Below are positions 63,832-64,000 of a stretch of DNA of 64,000 bases, piece after piece; position 1 is the first letter of the stretch; each line of letters opens with the position of its first letter. The stretch comes from an uncultured Fibrobacterota bacterium (GTDB lineage: Bacteria > Fibrobacterota > Chitinivibrionia > Chitinivibrionales > FEN-1185). The notes under the pieces are model-generated. The model saw only the letters and a list, made by a program, of their open reading frames with translations, was not told the origin of the DNA and did not search any database. Both the position numbers and the translations under genes were made by a program. Location: contig CAVSQB010000025.1 of the NCBI GenBank assembly GCA_963729895.1, positions 1-64,000 of the forward strand. The letters are read 5' to 3'.

Positions 63832-64000
63832 TTACGAACGCAAAATCCGCTGCGCCGCCCTCACACCGCACCGCATCACCTGCAAATACCCGCCGAACAA
63901 ATCGGTCCAGGCATTCGCGAGCTGGATGTTTCTGATCGGCAATCTCGAAATCGCGCGCAGGTGAGCGTGCATGCCGAGCGAACAGTCGTATCCGACGATT
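63832..64000 (-). CDS. C-terminus of a probable phytoene-desaturase-like FAD oxidoreductase (truncated by window)
   Basis: My translation: IVGYDCSLGMHAHLRAISRLPIRNIQLANAWTDLFGGYLQVMRCGVRAAQRILRS*; PIxNxxLAxxW...GG...GxxAA is a typical FAD-oxidoreductase tail. Confidence 0.55.
   Translation of the reverse strand, partial: IVGYDCSLGMHAHLRAISRLPIRNIQLANAWTDLFGGYLQVMRCGVRAAQRILRS

Overview
Bacterial chromosomal window, roughly 55-60% GC by eye. The FISUMP domain, several T9SS/FlgD-like C-terminal sorting domains and InlB-B-repeat lipoproteins suggest Fibrobacterota (Chitinivibrionia/Chitinispirillia-like); this is inference. Housekeeping genes (purN, rnhB, moxR, trpE-G-C-F, valS, gltA, fabG, Slt, ino1) are interspersed with large surface proteins, an IS5-family element, a disrupted IS630 element, a REP-associated tyrosine transposase (RAYT) and several palindromic repeat families. 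The most striking accessory region is a ~16 kb co-oriented locus (24846-40650, minus strand). It encodes four DUF362-fold proteins with three different targeting patterns (Tat-periplasmic, Tat-lipoprotein, and two Tat plus T9SS-type CTD), a membrane polyferredoxin with an internal twin-arginine motif, three paralogous DUF6599-like lipoproteins and a large propeller/beta-barrel outer-membrane protein. A Cys-rich LuxR regulator sits inside the locus on the opposite strand. Together these look like an uncharacterised, haem-free, envelope-spanning redox or cofactor-enzyme system. Other items of note are a B12-radical SAM + KS/CLF lipid module, a structured trpF leader, a 30-bp repeat that always follows a stop codon, and a recurrent TATATT promoter element. 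No rRNA, tRNA or CRISPR array was seen. All family assignments are from motif recognition by eye, not database searches.
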